From positions 22,104-86,103 of the forward strand of contig DASVDB010000108.1 in assembly GCA_036381315.1 (NCBI GenBank): a DNA stretch of 64,000 nucleotides. The letters are read 5' to 3'. A program made the position numbers and the translations under genes. The notes under the pieces were generated by a model. It searched no databases and was not told the DNA's origin. It saw only the letters and a list, made by a program, of their open reading frames with translations. Positions 1 to 8,371 of the stretch are shown here, in pieces (within the stretch, counting starts at the first letter, position 1; every line of letters starts with the position of its first letter). The DNA is from Bacilli bacterium (GTDB taxonomy: Bacteria > Bacillota > Bacilli > Paenibacillales > KCTC-25726).

Positions 1-1635
1 ACCGCGTTTGGCGAAGACATCTGGCGCGCTGCGGATGTTCTCCCGTATCCGAAGTCGCTTATAGTGGCGCAGGTAAACGAGCCGATCCGCAAAATCGAAA
101 AAGTGAAACCCGTGGCGATTATCACGACTCCGCAAGGCGAAACGGTGCTTGATATGGGTCGAAGCATGGTGGGCTGGGTGCGTTTTACGATTCGCGGCGA
201 AGCCGGACAGGAAGTGTCGCTCGAGCACGGCGAGTCGCTGGATCGCGACGGCAATTTTGCGCGCGGCCCATTGCACGGCGAAAGGCAAATCATGCGATAC
301 ATTTTAAAAGGCGGGGCCCCGGAAACATTTCAGCCGCATTTTACGTTCCAGCGCTTCCGCTATGTGAAGTTGTCCGGTTTCGGCGAATCGCCCGACCTTG
401 CCGATTTTGCCGGCATTGTTCTGCACGCCGATATGGAGTCCGTCGGATATTTTGTATGTTCCGAGCCGCAGGTGAACAAACTGCTGCATCAGATCGTCTG
501 GGAACAAAAAGGCGATTTTCTCGATTTTCCGGGCAATAGCCTGCGCCGGGACGCTCGCACCGCCACTTATTTTTTCAACGTTGCGCCGTTCTTCACCAAC
601 TGGCTGCATGACTGGAAATCCGTTTATGCGAGCCAAGACGCCGTTCAACCGGCAATCCGCAACCTGCCTGGCAATAATGAGGCATTATCGCCGTGGGACG
701 GCGCGGCGGCAGTTGTTTACCCGTGGGTGTTGTACGAATGCTATGGCGATGTGCGCATTTTGGAACAGCAATATGAAAGCATACAGGCGTGGACGGATTA
801 TGTTCGCGCGCAAACAAGCGGCAAACGTGTCGAGTCTGAGGAAGATTTCATTGCGTTTGCCTTTTACGCGTATTCTTTGTCGCTTGCCGCCAAAACCGCC
901 GCGATCCTGAACAAGAATGCCGATGCGCAAGTCTATGAAAAATTGCATGCAGATGTTGCGGAAGCGTTCCGGCGGAGTTTCGCAGCCGAAGCCGAAAAGT
1001 TGCCGGCTCCCGCTCTATATGTGCATGCGCTGGCGCTTATGTTTGGTTTGATCGACGGCGCGGAAAAAGATTTGGCGATCCGCAAGCTGCATGATGGGCT
1101 TTCGGATATTGACGGCCCCAAAGCCGCCGCATTCACCGCTGCGCCTTACCTGTTTTTTGCGCTAAGCCGATTTGGCGAGATGGAGTTGGCGTACAAGCTG
1201 CTTTTGCAAACCGTCCCCGAGCCAACGCCGCGTCATCCAAATTGTTTGCATCCGTACGCAATCGGCACGATCGGCGAATGGTTGTTTCGTTGCGTTGCGG
1301 GAATTGATACGGACGAAGACCAGCCGGGATACAAGCATATCCATATACACCCGCAACCGGGACCCGGTCTTGCCTGGGCGGAAGCGAAACTGGAGACCAT
1401 GTACGGTACGGTTGGCGTCGGTTGGCGGCGTACAGGGTACGATACGATGGAGTATTCCGTGATGATTCCGCCCAACACGACCGCTACGGTATTTTTGCCG
1501 AATGCGAAAGCGGACGAACTTTTGGAGAGCGGAGCCGGCGTAAGGCAAGCCGACGGCATATCTTCCGTTACCCCGATGGAAAACGGCGTGTATTTATGCG
1601 TCGGCTCGGGGAATTATCACTTCACGCTCATGTGA
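1..1635 (+). CDS. alpha-L-rhamnosidase (GH78) homologue, C-terminal ~540 aa; the 5' end lies upstream of the window
   Basis: Frame 1 is open from nt 1 (no stop before the GTG at 64), so the gene is cut by the window edge. GH78 landmarks are present: QIVWEQKGDF, NVAPFFTNWL, YPWVLYECYGDVRILEQQYESIQAWTDYV, IGEWLFRCVAGIDTDEDQPGYKHIHIHPQPG. Catalytic motifs look eroded (see findings). Confidence 0.75.
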   Translation, partial: TAFGEDIWRAADVLPYPKSLIVAQVNEPIRKIEKVKPVAIITTPQGETVLDMGRSMVGWVRFTIRGEAGQEVSLEHGESLDRDGNFARGPLHGERQIMRYILKGGAPETFQPHFTFQRFRYVKLSGFGESPDLADFAGIVLHADMESVGYFVCSEPQVNKLLHQIVWEQKGDFLDFPGNSLRRDARTATYFFNVAPFFTNWLHDWKSVYASQDAVQPAIRNLPGNNEALSPWDGAAAVVYPWVLYECYGDVRILEQQYESIQAWTDYVRAQTSGKRVESEEDFIAFAFYAYSLSLAAKTAAILNKNADAQVYEKLHADVAEAFRRSFAAEAEKLPAPALYVHALALMFGLIDGAEKDLAIRKLHDGLSDIDGPKAAAFTAAPYLFFALSRFGEMELAYKLLLQTVPEPTPRHPNCLHPYAIGTIGEWLFRCVAGIDTDEDQPGYKHIHIHPQPGPGLAWAEAKLETMYGTVGVGWRRTGYDTMEYSVMIPPNTTATVFLPNAKADELLESGAGVRQADGISSVTPMENGVYLCVGSGNYHFTLM

Positions 1636-1652
1636 CCCAACCATGACGACAT

Positions 1653-1684
1653 ATTCCCGGTGGTTATCCGCCGGGAATTTTTTG
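1653..1684 (+). terminator. Rho-independent terminator after the GH78 gene
   Basis: Arms attcccggtgg / ccgccgggaat (11 bp, one G-U pair) with a 4-nt loop, followed by TTTTTT. It lies 18 nt after the stop codon. Confidence 0.6.
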
Positions 1685-1795
1685 GCTTTGCGATTGGCGT
1701 TCGCTTTGCCGCTTGCGGCGGAATCGATAAAGTGCTATTTTTATTATAAAGGATATAAAACCGGGTTTAGTATAATAAACCGAGAGGCGGAGTGA

Positions 1796-2551
1796 ATGGA
1801 GCAAAAATATTGGGTTCCGGCGGTTAAAAAAGCGAATGATGTGCTGCAAATCCTGGCCGCTGAACCATATCAAAACAAATTGATTGATTTGTCCAAACGC
1901 TTGCAAATTAACAAGAGTTCCATGTTTTCCCTGTTGCAAACGATGGAGCGCCTGGGGTGGGTTGTTCGCGACAAGGGAGACACTTATGCTTTGGGCGCCA
2001 TATTCGGCCAATGGGGGAATGCTTATTTTAAGCAATATGATTTGATCCGGAACTTTCACCTGGAGGCGATAATAACGAAGGAGGCGGTGGGTGAAACCAT
2101 TCAACTGGCGAAACTGGAGCGCCATGAAATTCTTTATCTTGCCAAAGAAGAGGCGCCGACCCCGGTGCGGCTCGCTTCGGAACCGGGAATGAAATTTCCC
2201 GCGCATGCGACCGCTTTGGGAAAAGCGATGCTGGCTCAATTGCCGGATGATGAACTGAAAGCTGTTTATGCGAATGTACCCTTGCGCAGCCTTACTCCTC
2301 ATACCATCTCGTCTTTTGCCGAGTTGGTTCGGAATTTGCGTCAGGTTAAAGAAAATGGGCTTGCGTTCGATCTTGAGGAAGCGGTAACCGGCTTTTGCTG
2401 CGTGGCGGCATTTGTCAATGCCGGCCCGCTGGGGCTGGCCGCCGTAAGTTGCTCCATCCCTGTTCACCAGTGGGAGATGAAAAAAGAGCGGGCCGCGCAA
2501 GCAATTCGCCAACTGGCGGCACGATTGTCGTTAAGCGGCAACGCACCTTAG
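1796..2551 (+). CDS. IclR-family transcriptional regulator
   Basis: 251 aa. N-terminal winged HTH (LIDLSKRLQINKSSMFSLLQTMERLGWV). IclR effector-domain pattern follows (ETIQLAKLERHEILYLAKEE, PAHATALGKAML, GLAFDLEEAVTGFCCVAA). Confidence 0.85.
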   Translation: MEQKYWVPAVKKANDVLQILAAEPYQNKLIDLSKRLQINKSSMFSLLQTMERLGWVVRDKGDTYALGAIFGQWGNAYFKQYDLIRNFHLEAIITKEAVGETIQLAKLERHEILYLAKEEAPTPVRLASEPGMKFPAHATALGKAMLAQLPDDELKAVYANVPLRSLTPHTISSFAELVRNLRQVKENGLAFDLEEAVTGFCCVAAFVNAGPLGLAAVSCSIPVHQWEMKKERAAQAIRQLAARLSLSGNAP

Positions 2552-2591
2552 GCTTCACACTTTAATGAATATACAGCATAAAAGGAGACGA

Positions 2592-3371
2592 ATGCCCGTG
2601 AGACTGAAAGAGAAAATCGCATTAATTACCGGCTCCGGTTCGGGAATCGGCAAAAGCAGCGCGCTGCTGTTCGCCAGGCATGGCGCGACCGTCATCGTCA
2701 ACGATTTGCATGCGGACAATGGTAACGAAACGGCGGAAGAAATCCGCAGGGAAGGAGGAGAGGCCAAGTTTATTCAGGCGGATGTGACCGATCCCGCTTC
2801 TGTTAAAGAAATGGTTGAATCCATCATCAGGATGTACGGCCGCATCGATGTCTTATTTAACAATGCCGGCATCAGCGGCGTAGGGGCCTTGCATGAAATC
2901 GAACCGGAGCAATGGGATCGCATCATCGAAGTCAATATTAAGGGTGTGTTTCTCCCTTCCAAATTTGTTATTCCCCATATGATGGAACGTAAGTCGGGTA
3001 CGATCATCAATATGTCTTCTTGCATCGCGGAGATCGGGTTGGCAAAACGGGCTTCCTACGCGGCGACGAAAGGAGCGGTGCTCGCGCTCACCAAATCGAT
3101 GCAGGTCGATTATGCCCCGTATAATATTCGAATCAATGCGCTCTTGCCAGGCACCATTTTGACCCCTTTCGTGGAAAATTATTTGAAAACTTCGTATGCC
3201 GATCCAAATGCGGCTTTCGAAGCGCTTAAGAAACGCCAGCTAAGCGGACAATTGGGCAGACCGGAAGACGTTGCGCAAGCGGCGTTGTTTCTGGCGTCGG
3301 ACGAATCGAAATTTATGATGGGTTCTCCGCTGTATATCGACGGCGGGGCCACTTTCGGGAAAAACGCTTAA
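2592..3371 (+). CDS. short-chain dehydrogenase/reductase (classical SDR)
   Basis: Start moved to ATG 2592 (AAGGAG 5 nt upstream). TGSGSGIG Rossmann motif, NNAG, catalytic Ser and YAATK (YxxxK), and a PG motif. Confidence 0.85.
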   Translation: MPVRLKEKIALITGSGSGIGKSSALLFARHGATVIVNDLHADNGNETAEEIRREGGEAKFIQADVTDPASVKEMVESIIRMYGRIDVLFNNAGISGVGALHEIEPEQWDRIIEVNIKGVFLPSKFVIPHMMERKSGTIINMSSCIAEIGLAKRASYAATKGAVLALTKSMQVDYAPYNIRINALLPGTILTPFVENYLKTSYADPNAAFEALKKRQLSGQLGRPEDVAQAALFLASDESKFMMGSPLYIDGGATFGKNA

Positions 3372-3406
3372 AGATTCCTATTTACATGACGCGGGAGGAT
3401 AATGCG

Positions 3407-4318
3407 ATGAAACTGCTTACTTTTGTTGAAAACGGAAATGAATGCCTGGGCGTTAAAACAGAACATGGAATTGTGGATGTGAAAGCGGCGCTTTCCGTCA
3501 TACCCGCTGAAAAAGCGGTCGCAAGGTCGGTGCACGAGGTGATTGCAGGCGGCCCGGAAGCCGTGGCGGTGTTGCGCGAGTTTGTCGAAAAAGCCGTGGC
3601 GGAAGCGAAAGCGGGGAAACCCGCAAAATATATGCTGGACGAGGCTGCCATTACATTCGGACCGTGCGTCCCGCATCCGCAAAAAATCATTTGTGTGGGC
3701 CTGAACTACCGCAAACATGCGGAGGAAACCGGCGCGCAGATTCCGGAATACCCGGTTTTATTCAATAAATTCAACAATACGTTGACCGGCCACGGCGCCG
3801 ATGTTGTGCTGCCGAACGTTTCCAGGAAAGTTGATTATGAAGCGGAACTCGTTTTGGTAATCGGCAAAAAGACGAAAAATGTCGCGAAAAAAGACGCGCT
3901 GAATCATGTTTTCGGCTACTGCAATGTCAACGACTTGTCGGCGCGGGATTTGCAGATGCGAACATCGCAATGGCTGCTCGGCAAAACGTGCGACGGCTTC
4001 TCGCCGTTAGGGCCGTATCTGGTAACGGCGGATGAAGTGGAAAATCCGAATAATCTGGCCATCCGCACCATTGTGAACGGCGAAGTGCGCCAGCAGTCCA
4101 ACACTTCCGATATGATATTTCCTTGCGACGAACTTGTTAGCTACATTTCCCGGCATTTTACACTTGAACCGGGCGACATCATTTTAACAGGGACTCCGGA
4201 AGGGGTTGTCCTGGGGTACCCGGTGGACAAACAGGTTTATTTGCAGGATGGCGACGTGGTCACAGTTGAAATCGCGGGGCTTGGTTCGCTGACCAATCGC
4301 ATGGTGAAAGAGGTTTAA
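3407..4318 (+). CDS. fumarylacetoacetate hydrolase (FAH) family protein (2-keto-acid / diketo-acid hydrolase type)
   Basis: Start ATG 3407 (GGGAGGA 7 nt upstream). FAH-fold motifs: ICVGLNYRKHAEE, DYEAELVLVIGKK, GYCNVNDLSARDLQ, KTCDGFSPLGP, LEPGDIILTGTPEGV. Confidence 0.85.
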   Translation: MKLLTFVENGNECLGVKTEHGIVDVKAALSVIPAEKAVARSVHEVIAGGPEAVAVLREFVEKAVAEAKAGKPAKYMLDEAAITFGPCVPHPQKIICVGLNYRKHAEETGAQIPEYPVLFNKFNNTLTGHGADVVLPNVSRKVDYEAELVLVIGKKTKNVAKKDALNHVFGYCNVNDLSARDLQMRTSQWLLGKTCDGFSPLGPYLVTADEVENPNNLAIRTIVNGEVRQQSNTSDMIFPCDELVSYISRHFTLEPGDIILTGTPEGVVLGYPVDKQVYLQDGDVVTVEIAGLGSLTNRMVKEV

Positions 4319-4372
4319 TTTGCCGAAATACAAATCGGCGTACGAGGATCGTTGGTTCGGGAACCTGACCTG

Positions 4373-5182
4373 TCAGTACTCCGAGTATTTGTTTCGGTAC
4401 TGTTTCGGCGACAGGCCGAAGTGCTCGCGGAAAACCCGGAAAAAGTACGTGTAGCTGGAAAATCCGGAAGTTTCGGCAATGACGTGCAAGGGCACCGGGC
4501 TGTAAATTAACCGCTCCCGCGCCAAATGCAGCCTGACTTCCAACGTATACTGCATGATGCTTTTGCCGAATGTTTGCTTGAATAAATGAACGGCTCTGGA
4601 GACGCTGACGCCGGCTGCGGCGGCGGCGTCTTCCAGTTTAAACGGAAATGCGGAATTTTGTTCGATGTAGCGTTTGATGCGCTGCGCCACATATGCTTTG
4701 CCTTCGCCGGGCAGTTCGGTCAGCATCCGATCGATGGTAAGGCAGATGATTTTCGTATAGTGGAGAAGGATTTCATCCGACCGCCGGGCAGGCTTGCGCT
4801 GTTCCGCGACGAGTTGGCGAAACAGCGAGATCAGGTTGTCGTTTAACTGGATATTCAGCTTTTGCGGGCGTTTTTGCTGTTTCCACCATTCATCCATCCA
4901 CGGTCCCCGCGCAAACAAATAATAGTCCCCGCTCGCGATTTCCGCGGTTGGATCAGAGAGCGAATCGCGATTGATAATCAACTCGTACGGCTCGCCCATG
5001 CCAAAAATCAGCAGATCGCCGGGAACGATTTTCTGCAGCCTGTTGTCAACGCGCATGATGCTGGTTCCTTCCGTCTGCAAGCGAAACAAATAAAACTTCA
5101 GACGCTCCGTTTTGATCGAATATGGTTTTTTATGAAAAGAATAGCCGGAAGAAAGCACGTTTAAATCAGCTTGAATAGGCAT
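4373..5182 (-). CDS. AraC-family transcriptional regulator (cupin-like sensor plus double HTH)
   Basis: C-terminal AraC HTH pair: AAAAGVSVSRAVHLFKQTFGKSIMQYTLEVRLHLARERL ... IAETSGFSSYTYFFRVFREHFGLSPKQYR. Start set to ATG 5182, which has AGGGAGG upstream. The ORF-track start at 5215 has no RBS. Confidence 0.85.
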   Translation of the reverse strand: MPIQADLNVLSSGYSFHKKPYSIKTERLKFYLFRLQTEGTSIMRVDNRLQKIVPGDLLIFGMGEPYELIINRDSLSDPTAEIASGDYYLFARGPWMDEWWKQQKRPQKLNIQLNDNLISLFRQLVAEQRKPARRSDEILLHYTKIICLTIDRMLTELPGEGKAYVAQRIKRYIEQNSAFPFKLEDAAAAAGVSVSRAVHLFKQTFGKSIMQYTLEVRLHLARERLIYSPVPLHVIAETSGFSSYTYFFRVFREHFGLSPKQYRNKYSEY

Positions 5183-5263
5183 GTTTGCGCGCACCTCCCT
5201 ATTGGAACGAGTCATTGGCCGATACCAGAATTATAGAATGATATCGTAAAAATTGCAGCCAGA

Positions 5264-5291
5264 TTTATCATATTTATTCGGTTTTTATCAT
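5264..5291. promoter_or_regulatory. candidate AraC-type operator: direct repeat TTTATCAT x2 spaced 20 bp
   Basis: TTTATCAT at 5264-5271 and 5284-5291, in the 176-bp divergent intergenic region between the AraC gene and the TIM-barrel/oxidoreductase operon. The spacing is about two helical turns, typical of AraC half-sites. Pattern only. Confidence 0.3.
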
Positions 5292-5358
5292 GGTGCGGCG
5301 CCAAGAAAAATGATATTTATAATTCGAGGTTTACTTTTGGATAAGCGAAGGTGATTGA

Positions 5359-6123
5359 ATGAAAATAGGATTGCAACTCTACACGCTGCGTGCGGAAATG
5401 GAACGGGACTTTGTCGGCGGGTTGCGCAAAGTGGCGGAAATCGGCTACGAGGGCGTTGAATTTGCCGGTTACGGCGGCCTTTCTCCGGTCGAGCTGGGAA
5501 AAACACTGGATGAATTGGGACTTAAGGCTTTAGGCAGCCACATTTCTTATGAAAATTTGCTATCGGAAGAACAATTCCCGCAGGAGATGGCTTACTGCCG
5601 CGAATTGGGCATGCGTTACGCGATTATCCCTTATTTGCAGGAAAAATACCGTGCGGACGAAAACGTATTGGCCGAGACTTTGCGGAATTTTGCTCATATA
5701 AGCGAAAAATGTTCGCGCCATGGTGTGCAACTTTGCTATCACAATCACGATTTTGAGTTCAGCCAAACATTCGCCGGGACTACTTTGTTCGACACCATTT
5801 TTGCGCGCGTGCCGGAACACCTTTTGCAAGTTGAACTGGATACCTGCTGGGCGCACTACGCCGGGGCTGATCCGGTCGCGGTGATGCGCAAATACCGCAA
5901 TAGATTGCCGCTTGTGCATCTGAAAGATTTGCGCAGGGAAGAAGGCAAGCCGCTAACGGTTGAATTGGGCCAGGGTGAAGTGAATGTAGGGGCCATCATT
6001 GCGGCGGCAAAAGAGCTTGGGGTGGAATGGGCGATCGTTGAACAGGACACATGCATAAACCCGCCTTTTCTTAGTGTCGCCGCCAGCATGAATTGGTTGA
6101 TCAAAGGAGGATATACGGGATGA
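5359..6123 (+). CDS. sugar phosphate isomerase/epimerase (xylose isomerase-like TIM barrel)
   Basis: 254 aa. Family pattern GYEGVEFAG, CYHNHDFEF, LVHLKD, AIVEQD. GAAGGTGA RBS. Confidence 0.8.
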   Translation: MKIGLQLYTLRAEMERDFVGGLRKVAEIGYEGVEFAGYGGLSPVELGKTLDELGLKALGSHISYENLLSEEQFPQEMAYCRELGMRYAIIPYLQEKYRADENVLAETLRNFAHISEKCSRHGVQLCYHNHDFEFSQTFAGTTLFDTIFARVPEHLLQVELDTCWAHYAGADPVAVMRKYRNRLPLVHLKDLRREEGKPLTVELGQGEVNVGAIIAAAKELGVEWAIVEQDTCINPPFLSVAASMNWLIKGGYTG

Positions 6124-7202
6124 GTGACAAAGTGAGAGTGGGAATTATCGGTTGCGGCGGCATTGCGTTTGGAAAGCACATGCCAAGCTTGGCCAAACTG
6201 CCGCACGTGGAAATGGTCGCGTTCAGCGATACGTTTGAGGAGAATGCGCGCAAAGCGGCGAAACAATTCGGCGGGGATCATGCGCTCGTGACCGCTTCGT
6301 ACCAACGGCTGTTGGAGGATAAGACGATCGATGTCGTGCATATATGCACGCCAAACGACACGCACGCGGAAATAACGGTCGCCGCGCTGGAAGCGGGAAA
6401 GCACGTCATGTGCGAAAAACCGATGGCCAAAACCGCCGCGCAGGCGCGGGCGATGCTGGAAGCGTCCCGCCGGACGGGCAAAAAGCTGTGCATCGGTTAC
6501 CAAAACCGCTACAGGCAGGACAGCCAATTTTTAAAACGGGTGTGCGAAAACGGGGAATTGGGCGAAATTTATTTTGCCAAAGCGTTGGCGATCAGGCGCC
6601 GCGCCGTGCCGACCTGGGGCGTTTTTCTCAATGAACAATTGCAAGGCGGCGGACCGCTGATCGACATCGGCACGCACGCGTTGGATTTAACCTTGTGGCT
6701 GATGGACAATTACAAGCCAAAACGCGTAGTCGGTTCCGCTTACCACAAGCTTGGCAAACGGGCCAACGCGGCGAATGCCTGGGGACCTTGGGATCCGCAG
6801 AAATTCACCGTCGAGGACTCGGCGTTCGGCTTTATCACAATGGAAAACGGCGCATCGATTGTCCTCGAGTCGAGTTGGGCGCTCAATACGCTGCAAACAG
6901 GCGAAGCGAAAACAATCCTGTGCGGCACGGAAGGCGGCGCGGATATGGAAGACGGCTTGCGCATCAACGGCGAGCGCTATGGCAAACTGTTCACCAACAA
7001 GATCCAGTTGGGCGCAGGCGGCGTAGACTTTTATGAAGAAAAAAGTGAAAGCCCCGCGGACATGGAAGCAAGATTATGGATCGAAAGCGTCATCCATGAC
7101 CGCGAACTCGTGGTAAAACCGGAGCAGGCGCTTGTCGTAACGGAAATTTTGGAAGCGATCTATGAAAGCTCGCGAACCGGGAAAGCCGTATATTTTGATT
7201 AA
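6120..7202 (+). CDS. Gfo/Idh/MocA-family NAD(P)-dependent oxidoreductase
   Basis: Start ATG 6120 overlaps the preceding stop (ATGA), with AAAGGAGGA upstream. Rossmann segment VRVGIIGCGGIAFGKH, the EKP motif (VMCEKPMA) and a C-terminal alpha/beta domain. Confidence 0.85.
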   Translation: MSDKVRVGIIGCGGIAFGKHMPSLAKLPHVEMVAFSDTFEENARKAAKQFGGDHALVTASYQRLLEDKTIDVVHICTPNDTHAEITVAALEAGKHVMCEKPMAKTAAQARAMLEASRRTGKKLCIGYQNRYRQDSQFLKRVCENGELGEIYFAKALAIRRRAVPTWGVFLNEQLQGGGPLIDIGTHALDLTLWLMDNYKPKRVVGSAYHKLGKRANAANAWGPWDPQKFTVEDSAFGFITMENGASIVLESSWALNTLQTGEAKTILCGTEGGADMEDGLRINGERYGKLFTNKIQLGAGGVDFYEEKSESPADMEARLWIESVIHDRELVVKPEQALVVTEILEAIYESSRTGKAVYFD

Positions 7203-7217
7203 AGGAGGCGGAAAAAC

Positions 7218-8186
7218 ATGAAACTTGGCGTATTTACCGTGCTTTTTTCGCAAAAAAGTTTGGAAGAGGCGTTGGATTACATAGCCGCTGCCGGTCTGGA
7301 CGCGGTCGAGATCGGGACGGGCAATTATCCGGGCAACGCGCATTGCAACCCGGACGAACTGCTGCAAGATGAAACGAAGCTGCGCGCGTTCAAAAAAGCG
7401 GTGGAGTCGCGCGGGCTTGTCATCAGCGCATTGAGCTGCCACGGCAACCCGCTGCATCCGCAAAAGGAGATTGCCAAAGCGTATCACGAGACGTTCATTA
7501 AAACGGTTGAGCTTGCCGAGAAGTTGGAAGTGCCGGTTGTCAACAATTTTTCCGGATGCCCCGGCGACCACGAAGGCGCCAAATATCCGAACTGGCCCGT
7601 TGCGCCATGGCCGAACGACTACCAGGAAGTGCGCAAATGGCAATGGGAAAACAAAGTGATTCCGTATTGGACGGAATGGGGCAAATTTGCCGCGGATCAT
7701 CATGTGAAAATAGCCCTGGAACTGCACGGCGGTTTTTCGGTGCACACGCCGGCCACGCTGCTGGAACTGCGCGAATATGCGGGCGAAGTGATCGGCGCGA
7801 ATCTCGACCCCAGCCATATGTGGTGGCAGGGCATCGACCCCGTCCAGGCCGTGCAAATATTGGGCCGCGCAGGCGCCATCCATCATTTTCACGCCAAAGA
7901 CACGTCGATCGATCCAAGCAATGTCAATAAATTCGGTTTGACCGACATGCAGCCGTACACCAACATGCTGGATCGCGCCTGGCAGTTCCGTACGGTCGGT
8001 TACGGGCATGATTTGAAAACGTGGGCGGATATCATCAGCGCGCTGCGCTTGACGGGATACGATTATGTCGTCAGCATCGAGCATGAGGACGGCTTGATGT
8101 CGATCGAAGAAGGCTTTACAAAAGCGGTGAAAAATTTGCGGCAAGTGCTCATCAGCGAGCCATTGGGCGATATGTGGTGGGTATAG
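7218..8186 (+). CDS. sugar phosphate isomerase/epimerase family protein (long xylose isomerase-like TIM barrel)
   Basis: 322 aa. AAAGGAGG RBS. Motifs GLDAVEIGTGNYPG, IALELHGG, FHAKD, VSIEHED. Confidence 0.8.
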   Translation: MKLGVFTVLFSQKSLEEALDYIAAAGLDAVEIGTGNYPGNAHCNPDELLQDETKLRAFKKAVESRGLVISALSCHGNPLHPQKEIAKAYHETFIKTVELAEKLEVPVVNNFSGCPGDHEGAKYPNWPVAPWPNDYQEVRKWQWENKVIPYWTEWGKFAADHHVKIALELHGGFSVHTPATLLELREYAGEVIGANLDPSHMWWQGIDPVQAVQILGRAGAIHHFHAKDTSIDPSNVNKFGLTDMQPYTNMLDRAWQFRTVGYGHDLKTWADIISALRLTGYDYVVSIEHEDGLMSIEEGFTKAVKNLRQVLISEPLGDMWWV

Positions 8187-8201
8187 CCTTAAACTGATCT
8201 T

Positions 8202-8256
8202 AAAACTGCCCCTTCAACCGTTAGAGGCGATCTGGCGTTGGAGGCGCAGTTTTTTT
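8202..8256 (+). terminator. Rho-independent terminator after the TIM/oxidoreductase/TIM operon
   Basis: Long imperfect hairpin with arms aaaactgccccttcaac / gttggaggcgcagtttt, followed by a T7 run. Confidence 0.55.
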
Positions 8257-8308
8257 GTGATTTCATAAATCAGGTGTTGACGCGGAAATGTTGGATATGG
8301 TACCCTTT

Positions 8309-8324
8309 GATTAAAGGTTTAATC
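8309..8324. promoter_or_regulatory. LacI-family operator-like palindrome 1 (GATTAAAGGTTTAATC)
   Basis: Half-sites GATTAAA / TTTAATC around a central GG, 48 nt upstream of the LacI gene start. Confidence 0.5.
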
Positions 8325-8338
8325 AACTTTGTTTATGT

Positions 8339-8356
8339 CGATTAAACGTTTAATCG
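8339..8356. promoter_or_regulatory. LacI-family operator-like perfect palindrome 2 (CGATTAAACGTTTAATCG)
   Basis: Perfect 18-bp palindrome. Its central AAACGTTT core matches the AAnCGnTT core of LacI/GalR operators. It ends 16 nt before the LacI start codon. Confidence 0.6.
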
Positions 8357-8371
8357 GTAGGAGCAATAAAA

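Noticed and set aside
7074-8144. Long antisense ORFs opposite well-supported genes, e.g. 7074-8144(-), 1664-2512(-), 15869-16921(-), 45009-46151(-), 47691-48458(-) and 60948-61832(-)
   Set aside because: Their translations are Arg/His/Pro-rich and low in complexity, with no recognisable motifs or RBS. The opposite strand encodes proteins with clear family signatures. These are typical shadow ORFs of GC-rich coding DNA.
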